Positions 19,435 to 27,609 of a DNA stretch of 64,000 nucleotides are shown piece by piece. The notes under the pieces were generated by a model. That model was not told the origin of the DNA. It made no database searches and saw only the letters and a list, made by a program, of their open reading frames with translations. The DNA lies in sequence record OZ346219.1; one strand, 5' to 3'. Numbering within the stretch: position 1 is the stretch's first letter; every line of letters begins with the position of its first letter. Position numbers and translations under genes: made by a program. This DNA is from a phage.

Positions 19435-19731
19435 TCATATCTCAGAGAATAGAATCTCTGTTAATCGTACTGACTGCTCTCTGAATGTTAGCGTATACTC
19501 GAAAGGAAAGTCAACACCTAATTTCATAAGAGAATAGCCTACCGCCTCTTTATGCTTGTCTGTTAGGGCAATCCTAACCAATTCCCGTTGAATCTCTTTA
19601 GGCGGTGAATGGATAGTAACACGGGTATCATGTAATGTCCAGTCACCATTTCGAATTAAGATTAACGGTTTATCATCATTGAAGATCACCGACCCCTTTC
19701 CGGTCGGTGAGTGTTTTATACTAATCATCAA
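19435..19731 (-). CDS. Hypothetical protein
   Basis: 98-aa ORF. Confidence 0.4.
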   Translation of the reverse strand: MMISIKHSPTGKGSVIFNDDKPLILIRNGDWTLHDTRVTIHSPPKEIQRELVRIALTDKHKEAVGYSLMKLGVDFPFEYTLTFREQSVRLTEILFSEI

Positions 19732-19942
19732 ATTCTAAGAAATATTCTGGAACGATATAACCGTTAAAGTCATTACACTTATAAAAATGTGGTGCATTTA
19801 ATGCTGGATGAGCATTAGTAAAGAGTTTACCCTCTAGAAACAGAATGTAATTAATAGGTCTAATACCTACAGAATCAGGGTCTAAACCTTTTTCTTTCAG
19901 TTCAGCCAGCGTTAAAACTCGTCCAGATCGTAACTTAGCCAT
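19721..19942 (-). CDS. Hypothetical protein
   Basis: 73-aa ORF. Confidence 0.4.
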   Translation of the reverse strand: MAKLRSGRVLTLAELKEKGLDPDSVGIRPINYILFLEGKLFTNAHPALNAPHFYKCNDFNGYIVPEYFLEFDD

Positions 19943-20228
19943 GATTTACCCCTAATTCATCAAGATTATGTCGCAGCATTTCAGAGTATTTTTCTACTTC
20001 CTTGATCTTAGTGTGGATCTCCACGATCTCATCTTCACTATCAGATAGTTTAATGGCAATAGCGAGCGTGCTTTTACCAGCTTTCATAGTCTCTTTCCGT
20101 TCAACCAATAGATCCGCGTGTTTCAATAGCAATTCTTCACGTCGAACATAAGCGACGGTCAAAGCCTCATCAGCGATTTCTAAAGCATTTTCAGCGACAC
20201 CAACAACCATTTTACGAGTAGACAGCAT
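19935..20228 (-). CDS. Hypothetical protein
   Basis: 97-aa ORF. Confidence 0.4.
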   Translation of the reverse strand: MLSTRKMVVGVAENALEIADEALTVAYVRREELLLKHADLLVERKETMKAGKSTLAIAIKLSDSEDEIVEIHTKIKEVEKYSEMLRHNLDELGVNHG

Positions 20229-20242
20229 AAATTCACCTCACA

Positions 20243-20547
20243 TTATTTCACGTTAACGCCGTTATCAATCCAGCCGACGCTATTTGGTTTAACAGTTTTA
20301 CCATAGGATGCATACTTAATCAAGCATGGTTTAACATCATTATCAAATCTTCCTAAACGTACTCCCAAATCAGGAATATCCATGTATGCGGCTTTATATC
20401 CCCATGTGCCATATTCAGAATCAATCTCAACCGGACGGCCTTTAAAAGCATACACTACACCGTGACGGTCAACGATAACATAGCAATAACCAGCCGGAAG
20501 ATACACAGTTTAGCCGTAAACTTTAACTGGAGTAGCAGAAGAGATAA
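20243..20547 (-). pseudogene. Small gene interrupted by an in-frame TAA after codon 13 (possible nonsense mutant or reinitiation at GTG)
   Basis: Strong SD + ATG at 20547 gives MFISSATPVKVYG, then TAA at 20510-20512, then same frame continues TVYLPAGYCYVIVDRHG... to stop at 20243. Confidence 0.45.
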
Positions 20548-20621
20548 ACATAATATAATCCTCACATCGTTCATTTGATGCGGTCATTATATGATAACCG
20601 CATTTTCATGTCAACAGTTTT

Positions 20622-20996
20622 TTAAAAATCTTCTTCCGGTTTATATCGACCGTCATCGACTGGTTTTGGACTGAATCCTTTATGCGTGCGCGGCTTCGCT
20701 TCCGGTTTACCAGCAATCATCAAACCAAAACATTTCAGCCCCTTATAACACATAACAATATCAACCACGGTCCACGTTATAGGCCAGACGATTGCAGCAA
20801 TACAAAATGCTCCTGTATCGACCTCTTTGGTGTCCTTGTCGAATCTGGCATACAAGCAGAATACTAGATACGAGATCATTGCACCAGTAATCCAGATATA
20901 AAGTACATTAACAATATCTTGTGTTGTCAAATTGTCCTCCTTACATGTCTTGCAGTGCATAAAAGCATTTTTCTTCGTAGTCATAGAAAATGTCAA
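20622..20996 (-). CDS. Hypothetical membrane protein
   Basis: 124-aa ORF with hydrophobic segments. Confidence 0.4.
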   Translation of the reverse strand: MTFSMTTKKNAFMHCKTCKEDNLTTQDIVNVLYIWITGAMISYLVFCLYARFDKDTKEVDTGAFCIAAIVWPITWTVVDIVMCYKGLKCFGLMIAGKPEAKPRTHKGFSPKPVDDGRYKPEEDF

Positions 20997-21216
20997 AGTA
21001 TGCTTTTTCTACATACTCGCCATTGATCCAAGCGGCAGTAACAATCAGAGTGGTCCAGGTAGATCCGCTCTCAACGGTAAAGGTTTTAATACCCAGCTTC
21101 GCTGCCAAGTCGAACGCAAACCGGACGCAACCACGACAGGAAGTGATGTTGGAAGTTTTGATTTTAAAGCCACCGCGAGTTTTAGAAATTTCTACTTTAG
21201 CGAAAGACAGGTTGCT
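20941..21216 (-). CDS. Hypothetical protein
   Basis: MSNLSFAKVE... after GGAGAATCAAA leader and early promoter. Confidence 0.45.
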   Translation of the reverse strand, partial: SNLSFAKVEISKTRGGFKIKTSNITSCRGCVRFAFDLAAKLGIKTFTVESGSTWTTLIVTAAWINGEYVEKAYFDIFYDYEEKCFYALQDM

Positions 21217-21261
21217 CATTTTGATTCTCCTTAAGAAAGTGTGTTTCGTTTTGATGTGTGT

Positions 21262-21290
21262 AGTATAGGGGATCACCGATCCCCTGTCAA
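21262..21290 (-). promoter_or_regulatory. Sigma70-like early promoter with palindromic spacer
   Basis: rc: TTGACA-GGGGATCGGTGATCCCC-TATACT. Confidence 0.5.
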
Positions 21291-21306
21291 CAACTTTTTT
21301 ATGATT

Positions 21307-21564
21307 TTAGTGAATTAACTCTACACCAAAATGAGGCACAGAGAACGCCTTACAAAACACATATTCATCATGTTTAGGAATCGCCCCTAACCGCTCTATT
21401 TCGCTCGCTAACACTATAAACTGTTTATCTGGTGCATATGCCTTGCGTGCTTCAACAACGCACGGAAAACGCGTTTTAGAGAGTTCTGGATAGTTTTCCG
21501 AATCCAGCAGGACAATGAATACCCTGTTACATTGATTGTAGAATCCTGTTTTTGATTTCATCAA
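21307..21564 (-). CDS. Hypothetical protein
   Basis: 85-aa ORF. Confidence 0.4.
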   Translation of the reverse strand: MMKSKTGFYNQCNRVFIVLLDSENYPELSKTRFPCVVEARKAYAPDKQFIVLASEIERLGAIPKHDEYVFCKAFSVPHFGVELIH

Positions 21565-21868
21565 GTTTTCCTCTCAGTACAATTCGTGAAATCTTCCCTT
21601 CATGATTTCGTTGGTTCTTGTCTTCACAGTTTACCCATTCAACAAGGTCTTTACCTAACTCGAAAGCCCATTCTCGGTCCTGCTTTACGTTTTGTAGGTA
21701 TGGACTTTCTGACACTCTACGAAGTGATGTTGTCGTAACAAGAATGATCTCAGGAATGGTCGGATGTTCTTTTCCATATACAATAGGACGCGAGTCACTA
21801 TCAATACCTTGTAAGAAGGTGTATCCTGAATCACTTAGAATCATATACTTTTTCATTTCACACATCAC
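21527..21868 (-). CDS. Hypothetical protein
   Basis: 113-aa ORF. Confidence 0.4.
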   Translation of the reverse strand: MMCEMKKYMILSDSGYTFLQGIDSDSRPIVYGKEHPTIPEIILVTTTSLRRVSESPYLQNVKQDREWAFELGKDLVEWVNCEDKNQRNHEGKISRIVLRGKLDEIKNRILQSM

Positions 21869-22122
21869 AGTTTCCTCAACCAGTTATTAAAGCTAGCAAA
21901 CCATGATGCTTTTCGTGCTTCTTTTACTTTATGTGCACGTAAACCACTGAAACACCATTCATAATCATCACTGAAACATGATTCAACAGGAACACCCGCA
22001 TTTCGTAGTTCTCTGGTCTTTATCATGAATCCTTGACATAATGGGCGACCTTCAACAATGATAGGAAGTTTAACTTTTTCCATGAAAGTATACCCAGCAC
22101 GGTCAATAATTTCAATCTTCAT
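21865..22122 (-). CDS. MKIEIID-family small protein (paralogue A)
   Basis: MKIEIIDRAGYTFMEKVKLPIIVEGR... paralogous to next ORF. Confidence 0.5.
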   Translation of the reverse strand: MKIEIIDRAGYTFMEKVKLPIIVEGRPLCQGFMIKTRELRNAGVPVESCFSDDYEWCFSGLRAHKVKEARKASWFASFNNWLRKL

Positions 22123-22140
22123 AATATAATCCTCAATTAG

Positions 22141-22338
22141 TTATACCGCCCAGGCTTCATTTGCACGAAAACACCATTCATATTCAGGAAAATAACCTTT
22201 AATTGGTACGCCAGCTTTTTGTAGTTCCTGCGTTTCTACAAGATAATCAAGCCCATAACGACGACCTTCCACGATGATAGGAAGTTTAACGCCATTCATG
22301 AAAGAAAATCCACCGTCATCAATAATTTCAATTTTCAT
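22141..22338 (-). CDS. MKIEIID-family small protein (paralogue B)
   Basis: MKIEIIDDGGFSFMNGVKLPIIVEGR... Confidence 0.5.
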   Translation of the reverse strand: MKIEIIDDGGFSFMNGVKLPIIVEGRRYGLDYLVETQELQKAGVPIKGYFPEYEWCFRANEAWAV

Positions 22339-22582
22339 TTACATTGTCTCCATAGATCTTTCCAGCAATATCAATTTCACCAGCGCGAACATCTAGGATA
22401 AGATGCGGTAGGTGTATGCAGTTTTCCCACCCTACGCGCTTCATTTCTGAAACAGTGACGTAAGCCCATCCGTTCGCTGTAATAAAGTCTACTTCAACCT
22501 TGAGAGGAAAGCAAGACTTTTCTATGTCTTCGAATCCGATAATGTGTTTTGTCGTTGAATATGGAATATATCCGGTGATCAT
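22328..22582 (-). CDS. Hypothetical protein
   Basis: 84-aa ORF. Confidence 0.4.
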   Translation of the reverse strand: MITGYIPYSTTKHIIGFEDIEKSCFPLKVEVDFITANGWAYVTVSEMKRVGWENCIHLPHLILDVRAGEIDIAGKIYGDNVNEN

Positions 22583-23040
22583 TTTGTGATCTCCTTATAC
22601 TCAACACACCATAAGCGGGTAGCCCATGATAAACGCTCATAACGCTGGCAGAAATCGGACCATAGATATTGTGCACCGTTCGGCATAGTTGAAATATGCG
22701 TTTTCTCTCCAACTTTCACGAAAGAAGTATTCGATTTTGTGATCTCGACCGGAGTATATCCGAAAGCGGGTTCCAAGCCAACATCTGAACTAAATGCCAA
22801 TTTAACAGAATTTGTTTTTCTGACCGCTGTCCGGTTTCCTTCTGGGTATAGTACAGCAGGTTTAGCGCCTAAGCGGATAAACTCAGTGTTTTTAATAAAC
22901 AGAATATCATGATAACCGTCATATTCCGACACTTCCATAGTAACAGGAAAATCGACATGTGCTAAACCTGGTAGATCTCGCATATCATGAAAGGTCGCCA
23001 TCAACTTTTTCATTCTATATTCCTCACTCTTCTGTTTCAT
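22579..23040 (-). CDS. Hypothetical protein
   Basis: 153-aa ORF. Confidence 0.45.
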   Translation of the reverse strand: MKQKSEEYRMKKLMATFHDMRDLPGLAHVDFPVTMEVSEYDGYHDILFIKNTEFIRLGAKPAVLYPEGNRTAVRKTNSVKLAFSSDVGLEPAFGYTPVEITKSNTSFVKVGEKTHISTMPNGAQYLWSDFCQRYERLSWATRLWCVEYKEITK

Positions 23041-23221
23041 TTCTTTTATATGGTACTATAACAGGATTAATACAGCAAGCACCAATTACGTTATGAGCAC
23101 CACAATTTAAGCATTTATAATCATGGAACTTATTAAGGAATCGCCCGAACTCATAACCGACTAGCGCCGCATGTACTTGAGTCTCGATCTCATCCATATC
23201 AGCCAATGTTTTAACCTTCAT
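23024..23221 (-). CDS. Hypothetical protein
   Basis: ATG at 23221 after GAGGATTATATT. Confidence 0.4.
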   Translation of the reverse strand: MKVKTLADMDEIETQVHAALVGYEFGRFLNKFHDYKCLNCGAHNVIGACCINPVIVPYKRNETEE

Positions 23222-23231
23222 AATATAATCC

Positions 23232-23522
23232 TCAAATTGTAGTTTTGCGAAGATGGTCATTACATGCTTTTAATGCATCGGTCGCGGTGTCATAGCGAGT
23301 ATTATCATAGCACCAATAACCATCTGTCAACTGATAAATTAATCCATCCTTTTTAGCTTCGATGAAAGATAACTCTTTGAAAGTTTCTACTTTCTTTGCT
23401 GATAATCCACGGTCACGGCGCTTATAGAGTTTAGCCAAAATGCGTTCAGCTTGTTCCTCTTTATCACCAGACAGATCCCAGATGATGTTTCGGATATGCT
23501 TGATTAATTGTTCAGTGGTCAT
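23232..23522 (-). CDS. Hypothetical protein
   Basis: 96-aa ORF after early promoter 23551-23578. Confidence 0.45.
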   Translation of the reverse strand: MTTEQLIKHIRNIIWDLSGDKEEQAERILAKLYKRRDRGLSAKKVETFKELSFIEAKKDGLIYQLTDGYWCYDNTRYDTATDALKACNDHLRKTTI

Positions 23523-23550
23523 CTTTGATTCTCCTTAGTTGGTATGCGTG

Positions 23551-23578
23551 CATTATAGCATTGTGATTATCTTTGTCA
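23551..23578 (-). promoter_or_regulatory. Sigma70-like early promoter
   Basis: rc: TTGACA-16-TATAAT. Confidence 0.5.
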
Positions 23579-23583
23579 ACACC

Positions 23584-23615
23584 CAAAAACAAAAAAGGCT
23601 ACCCCGAAGGATAGC
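23584..23615 (-). terminator. Rho-independent terminator downstream of gp38-like gene
   Basis: GGCUAUCCUUCGGGGUAGCC hairpin + U-run on minus strand. Confidence 0.6.
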
Positions 23616-23623
23616 CCATAAAA

Positions 23624-24400
23624 TTACACGCGAGCACCGTAGATCGTGCCTACTTTATCCCAGCGAGGGGCATTACCAGTAACAGCTTTACCCGCAGCAC
23701 CACCGTTATATTCTGTACCGTTCCCCTGAGTATTACATCTTCCTCCAGCAGCACCAACGTTACCGCCCGCACCACCTGTATATGCACTAAGAGACCCCTT
23801 ACCAACAGATCCTTTACCCGGAGCGGAAATGGAGCCAGCGGTTGCACCAGAACCCATATTAGAGGAAGACCCGGCAGCACCGAATGGGCGACCACCGCCG
23901 CCACCAAATACTAGTCGACCCCTGTTACCGCCGCCACCGCCACCACCGCCGCCAGCGATAGCACCGTTATTTGTAATTCGTAGACGTGTACCGATAGCGT
24001 TATTGATTGCGTTTCCACCAGCAGCGCCAGCAGCGTTACTACCACCATTACCCCCACGTCCGTAGACAGTCACACCGGAGTTAATGATCAATGTTACATA
24101 TTCGTTTGTTAACGAGCTAGGGAAGTCAAGACAAGGAACGCCAGTAGATTGGGAAACAATATTACCTGTGATAGTAATTACTACCGGAGTAGATCCTTGT
24201 GCTTTCATCCAGTTAATAAGAGTGTCTTTATTGTAAGAGTTACTAGCACCAATGCTATAATGAATCTCTTTAGAACGTCCGACCATTGCTGACATATACG
24301 CCGGACGACCTAAGCGAACAGCTTGCATTGCGGCGCTCATCCACCGTTGACCAGTCTCGGACACAGCAGATGATCCTACCCATCCAGAAGATATTGCCAT
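23624..24400 (-). CDS. gp38-like receptor-binding adhesin homologue (T2-type, glycine-rich)
   Basis: N-terminus MAISSGWVGSSAVSETGQRWMS..., poly-glycine motifs (GGGGGGGGG, FGGGGGRPFGA) and C-terminal ...GTIYGARV match my recollection of T2/T6-type gp38 over the whole length. Confidence 0.7.
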   Translation of the reverse strand: MAISSGWVGSSAVSETGQRWMSAAMQAVRLGRPAYMSAMVGRSKEIHYSIGASNSYNKDTLINWMKAQGSTPVVITITGNIVSQSTGVPCLDFPSSLTNEYVTLIINSGVTVYGRGGNGGSNAAGAAGGNAINNAIGTRLRITNNGAIAGGGGGGGGGNRGRLVFGGGGGRPFGAAGSSSNMGSGATAGSISAPGKGSVGKGSLSAYTGGAGGNVGAAGGRCNTQGNGTEYNGGAAGKAVTGNAPRWDKVGTIYGARV

Positions 24401-24410
24401 AAAATTTCCT

Positions 24411-24435
24411 CACAAGAAAAGCCCCAATTAAGGGG
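24411..24435 (-). terminator. Rho-independent terminator immediately upstream of gp38-like gene
   Basis: GCCCCUUAAUUGGGGC hairpin + UUUUCUUG. Confidence 0.5.
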
Positions 24436-24454
24436 CATTGATTGATAATATTAC

Positions 24455-24676
24455 TTAGATGACCTCTGCTTCACCATCCAGGAAGAAAGACCATGTTTTG
24501 TTAGGATAGCGAAGCGCCCATGATTCAGCAGTTTTAACACCCGCTTCGAACAATTGACGGCTGGTTACTTTAGCCATACCATCTTCGATGGCAACGTTTT
24601 CAATAATCATCGGGTACTTAGCGCCACGCATGAAACCGAAACCAGCGGAAGATTTGATAATTTTAACAGTTGCCAT
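24455..24676 (-). CDS. Small protein distantly related to MKIEIID family
   Basis: MATVKIIKSSAGFGFMRGAKYPMIIEN... Confidence 0.45.
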   Translation of the reverse strand: MATVKIIKSSAGFGFMRGAKYPMIIENVAIEDGMAKVTSRQLFEAGVKTAESWALRYPNKTWSFFLDGEAEVI

Positions 24677-24717
24677 TTTTGATTCTCCTAGAAAGTGTAT
24701 CTCGTTTCGATGGGTGT

Positions 24718-24746
24718 ATTATGCAATAACACCGGATCGCTGTCAA
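24718..24746 (-). promoter_or_regulatory. Sigma70-like early promoter
   Basis: rc: TTGACA-17-CATAAT followed by conserved leader CGAAACGAGATACACTTTCTAGGAGAATCAAAA. Confidence 0.5.
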
Positions 24747-24763
24747 CACTTTCTAAGAAATTT

Positions 24764-25048
24764 TTAAACTAATCGAATATAGCCCAGAATTTCAGCACTT
24801 TTAGCCAGATCTAAAACTTCCCATTCAAGGTCTCCATAGTCATAATTTGCAACCATCAACTGACCATTTTTCATGCAGCAATCATGAGAGAAAATTTGCC
24901 CCGCATAAACTACGATAGTGATAAACTTTCCTGATTCTGGCGGTGTGGAAGACAAAGCGACCATATGACCATTCAGCTTAGTCACCAGTGATGGAACAAT
25001 AAAATTCGGGCTTACCTTAATACCGTTAAATTCGTTTGTGTCTTTCAT
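24764..25048 (-). CDS. Hypothetical protein
   Basis: 94-aa ORF. Confidence 0.4.
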   Translation of the reverse strand: MKDTNEFNGIKVSPNFIVPSLVTKLNGHMVALSSTPPESGKFITIVVYAGQIFSHDCCMKNGQLMVANYDYGDLEWEVLDLAKSAEILGYIRLV

Positions 25049-25395
25049 GCCAGACCTCGCAAAATACTAATAGCATAATCATGCTGGTTATTCATAATAT
25101 CAATTGCATTGTGATAACGAGCTAAACCATCAAGGATAAATTCTTGTTTATCCTGTTTCAGTTTGGTATCACGCGCAGCCATAAGAGCATCAAGAACAGG
25201 TCCAAAGTGATTATCTAATTCATCTTCGGTTGCAATATTTCCTATTGCCTCGTCGATCCGTGATTCTAATGCTTGCTTTTCGTTGATCACTTGCTGGGTA
25301 TATTCCAACACATCAAGAATATCGCGGGTAACGTCGCCATGATAAGGTATTCCCGCATGAAGGTGATCAATTAGTCGTTGAATGTCAATGTTCAT
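25045..25395 (-). CDS. Hypothetical protein
   Basis: 116-aa ORF. Confidence 0.4.
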   Translation of the reverse strand: MNIDIQRLIDHLHAGIPYHGDVTRDILDVLEYTQQVINEKQALESRIDEAIGNIATEDELDNHFGPVLDALMAARDTKLKQDKQEFILDGLARYHNAIDIMNNQHDYAISILRGLA

Positions 25396-25730
25396 TTGTA
25401 ACCCTCCTCTGAAAGCACATCCCAGATCGTTGAGTCAAGGTGCATTAAATTCCACATAATAGAGTCATAACTAACGAAGCCAGAAGTAAAAATTACATCA
25501 CACTGGCGATAGGTCTTATGAAAATCGGTGGCTGTCTCTGCATCAATAGGCATATCGTCACCGGAAAGCACCAGACATTTAAGAATCATAACTCTGTTAG
25601 CCGTTGGCGCTTGCTTAGTCTTTTCAGCATATTTTTCGATGATCCGTTTTGCCTTTTCTTCTTTGATACGTCCAGACCAAATCCGGTTTCGGTATTGATT
25701 CATAATAATTTCAATCACATCATTTTGCAT
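25392..25730 (-). CDS. Hypothetical protein
   Basis: 112-aa ORF. Confidence 0.4.
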   Translation of the reverse strand: MQNDVIEIIMNQYRNRIWSGRIKEEKAKRIIEKYAEKTKQAPTANRVMILKCLVLSGDDMPIDAETATDFHKTYRQCDVIFTSGFVSYDSIMWNLMHLDSTIWDVLSEEGYK

Positions 25731-25929
25731 TCTTCACGGTCTCCATAATGGTTTTGTAAGCCAGTTTAAGATGATCACCGAAAAACTTTGCGGTGTTACC
25801 CTTCGGATCGCGGAGCATGGTTTCTACGATCTCATCGGCAGCAACAATTTCTCCTTTCTTTGCTGCATGTTCTACCATATACTTCAAAGTTTCTTCGGAA
25901 GCAAGTGCTGCGGCTACTGGATTAATCAT
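25720..25929 (-). CDS. Hypothetical protein
   Basis: 69-aa ORF after early promoter. Confidence 0.4.
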   Translation of the reverse strand: MINPVAAALASEETLKYMVEHAAKKGEIVAADEIVETMLRDPKGNTAKFFGDHLKLAYKTIMETVKNAK

Positions 25930-25958
25930 TTTGATTCTCCTTTGTTGTCGATGTGTGC

Positions 25959-25987
25959 ATTATGATATACCCTATTCCGGTTGTCAA
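25959..25987 (-). promoter_or_regulatory. Sigma70-like early promoter
   Basis: rc: TTGACA-17-CATAAT. Confidence 0.5.
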
Positions 25988-25992
25988 CACCT

Positions 25993-26024
25993 AAAAACGA
26001 AAAAGCCACCCTTTCGGATGGCTT
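25993..26024 (-). terminator. Rho-independent terminator
   Basis: AGCCAUCCGAAAGGGUGGCU hairpin + UUUUUCGUUUUU. Confidence 0.6.
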
Positions 26025-26030
26025 TTGATT

Positions 26031-26256
26031 ATATTTTATTCACGTCCATTTGTATAGTAGTGTTTGAATCGACCTTTGCTAAACTAGTTAAACATAGTAA
26101 CCAATTCACCATCCCTTTCCAATGATAACCCTTCCTCGTCTTAGACGGGTCTTCCGATTCGGCAGTAATTGAACACGCGAAAGTATGAGGAAGCCAAATA
26201 GTTGTGTTAATGCTAGTATTCTTTTACTTCTGGTATGCATCCCACGGTGACTAACA
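26031..26256 (-). other. About 225-nt non-coding stretch with nested inverted repeats (candidate structured RNA, not a tRNA)
   Basis: No ORF of 60 aa or more; CTTCCTC...GAGGAAG long-range complementarity and internal hairpins; no canonical T-loop. Confidence 0.25.
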
Positions 26257-26656
26257 TTAAGACAGTCGAGTGAGTTTATAAATTGTTTTAAAACATAGAG
26301 CTTTGATATCGTCTAAAACGCTCTGTAACGAGCTATCAACATCATTATAAATCTCACTAGCCATTTGCGTTAACTCTTGCAAATAGGCAATTTCGCTAAT
26401 CTCCTTGCGGACGACCAACGTTGGCTGATAACGACCAGTGATCCCAATATTGGTTTCAGTGAAATCATCAACCAATTCTTGCATTTCAAGATAGAACTCT
26501 TCTAGAGCCTTATGTTTTGCATAAGATCCAGGACCAGTTACCCCAAAATGCGCAGAATGCATATAAGTAACACTCATCAGACATTCACCGATAAAGCGGT
26601 CAACTTTATTAGCTTTCCCCTCTTCGGACGTCTTTAGAAAATCAATGAATTTCATG
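26257..26656 (-). CDS. Hypothetical protein (133 aa)
   Basis: MKFIDFLKTSEEGK... with GGAGAA SD; downstream of late-promoter-like TATAAATA. Confidence 0.5.
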
Positions 26657-26944
26657 TTCTCTATTCTCCATATTATGCAACATAACAAACTGTTGTGCGG
26701 CATATTCCCCCATAATAAAACACTGCTTAGAATCCATACATTTACTACGAGCATACATCTTCATAATATGGGCATGAAATTTCTGGCTGGTTTCAATGGA
26801 AGGAGATATTTTGTTTACATATACTATCATTGCACCGTCGAAATAATCAGTAAAGTCACCAGTTGGATCATATTGATCAGCACTGACACTTCCGACCGCA
26901 GTCAAGCATATTGCCGCTGTTAGAGTTTTACGAATAAATGACAT
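26642..26944 (-). CDS. Secreted protein, possible RI-like antiholin (lysis inhibition)
   Basis: Signal-peptide-like N-terminus MSFIRKTLTAAICLTAVGSVSA; C-terminal C-x5-C-x3-GEYAAQ resembles T4 RI C-x5-C-x3-GAEMAQ; about 100 aa. Confidence 0.45.
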   Translation of the reverse strand: MSFIRKTLTAAICLTAVGSVSADQYDPTGDFTDYFDGAMIVYVNKISPSIETSQKFHAHIMKMYARSKCMDSKQCFIMGEYAAQQFVMLHNMENREHEIH

Positions 26945-26977
26945 AAGTCATTCCCCCAGATTTAAAATATTCAGTTA

Positions 26978-26985
26978 TATTTATA
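26978..26985 (-). promoter_or_regulatory. T4-type late promoter TATAAATA (minus strand) inside the loop of a 9-bp inverted repeat
   Basis: Plus strand tatttata at 26978-26985; flanking CCCCAGATT / AATCTGGGG arms. Confidence 0.5.
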
Positions 26986-27012
26986 ATCTGGGGCTTTATT
27001 TATGATTAACTC

Positions 27013-27609
27013 TTAGTTGGTAGTGCCATCAATAAAATGTTTACGGCACACAGAAACATATTTATCCTCTGCACCAACTTCGATTTGAGCACCATCGCGA
27101 ATAACATTACCCTCTTTATCTACACGAAGGACCATTGTTGCTTTCTTGCCACAATGACAAATACCCTTCATTTCGACCAGTTTATCAGCAAATGCCATCA
27201 ATGCCGCAGATCCTTCAAATAGATTGCCCTGAAAGTCAGTGCGAAGGCCATAGCACAGTACAGGGATATTTGCATCATCAACAAGCGCACACAAGCCTAA
27301 AACATGCTCTTTAGTCATAAATTGGGCTTCATCTACAAATACAGCATCAGGACGCCAGAGATCTGGTCTACGCTTACCTAACGATTCACGATAAACCAAG
27401 TCGAAAAGATCATCCGATTCCGTGAAGGTGATTGCGGGAGCACTTAGACCAATTCGTGAAACAACTTCACTTTCTGAATCTCGATTATCAATCGCTGGCT
27501 TAAGAATTAATACTCGCATATCACGTTCGGTATAGTTATAAGCACTTTGTAACAGAGAAGTTGATTTGCCAGCGTTCATAGATGCATAGTAGAAATATAG
27601 TTGCGCCAT
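27013..27609 (-). CDS. tk: Thymidine kinase
   Basis: MAQLYFYYASMNAGKSTSLLQ...CYGLRTDFQG...SVCRKH matches bacterial/T4 Tdk throughout. Confidence 0.9.
   Translation of the reverse strand: MAQLYFYYASMNAGKSTSLLQSAYNYTERDMRVLILKPAIDNRDSESEVVSRIGLSAPAITFTESDDLFDLVYRESLGKRRPDLWRPDAVFVDEAQFMTKEHVLGLCALVDDANIPVLCYGLRTDFQGNLFEGSAALMAFADKLVEMKGICHCGKKATMVLRVDKEGNVIRDGAQIEVGAEDKYVSVCRKHFIDGTTN

Noticed and set aside
23870-23960. GCC/ACC-rich low-complexity DNA that might look like a simple repeat or CRISPR-like array
   Set aside because: It is the coding sequence for the poly-glycine stretch of the gp38-like protein; no spacer-repeat periodicity.
23829-24065. Plus-strand proline-rich ORF (78 aa, PPPPPPPPP)
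   Set aside because: It is the antisense shadow of the glycine-rich codons (GGN becomes NCC) of the gp38-like gene on the minus strand; the minus-strand ORF is longer and recognisable.
26041-26256. Possible tRNA gene
   Set aside because: Could not assemble a cloverleaf: no GTTCRANYC-type T-loop with 5-bp stem, and the only 7-bp acceptor-like pairing encloses about 49 nt, too short for a tRNA. Kept as candidate non-coding region only.
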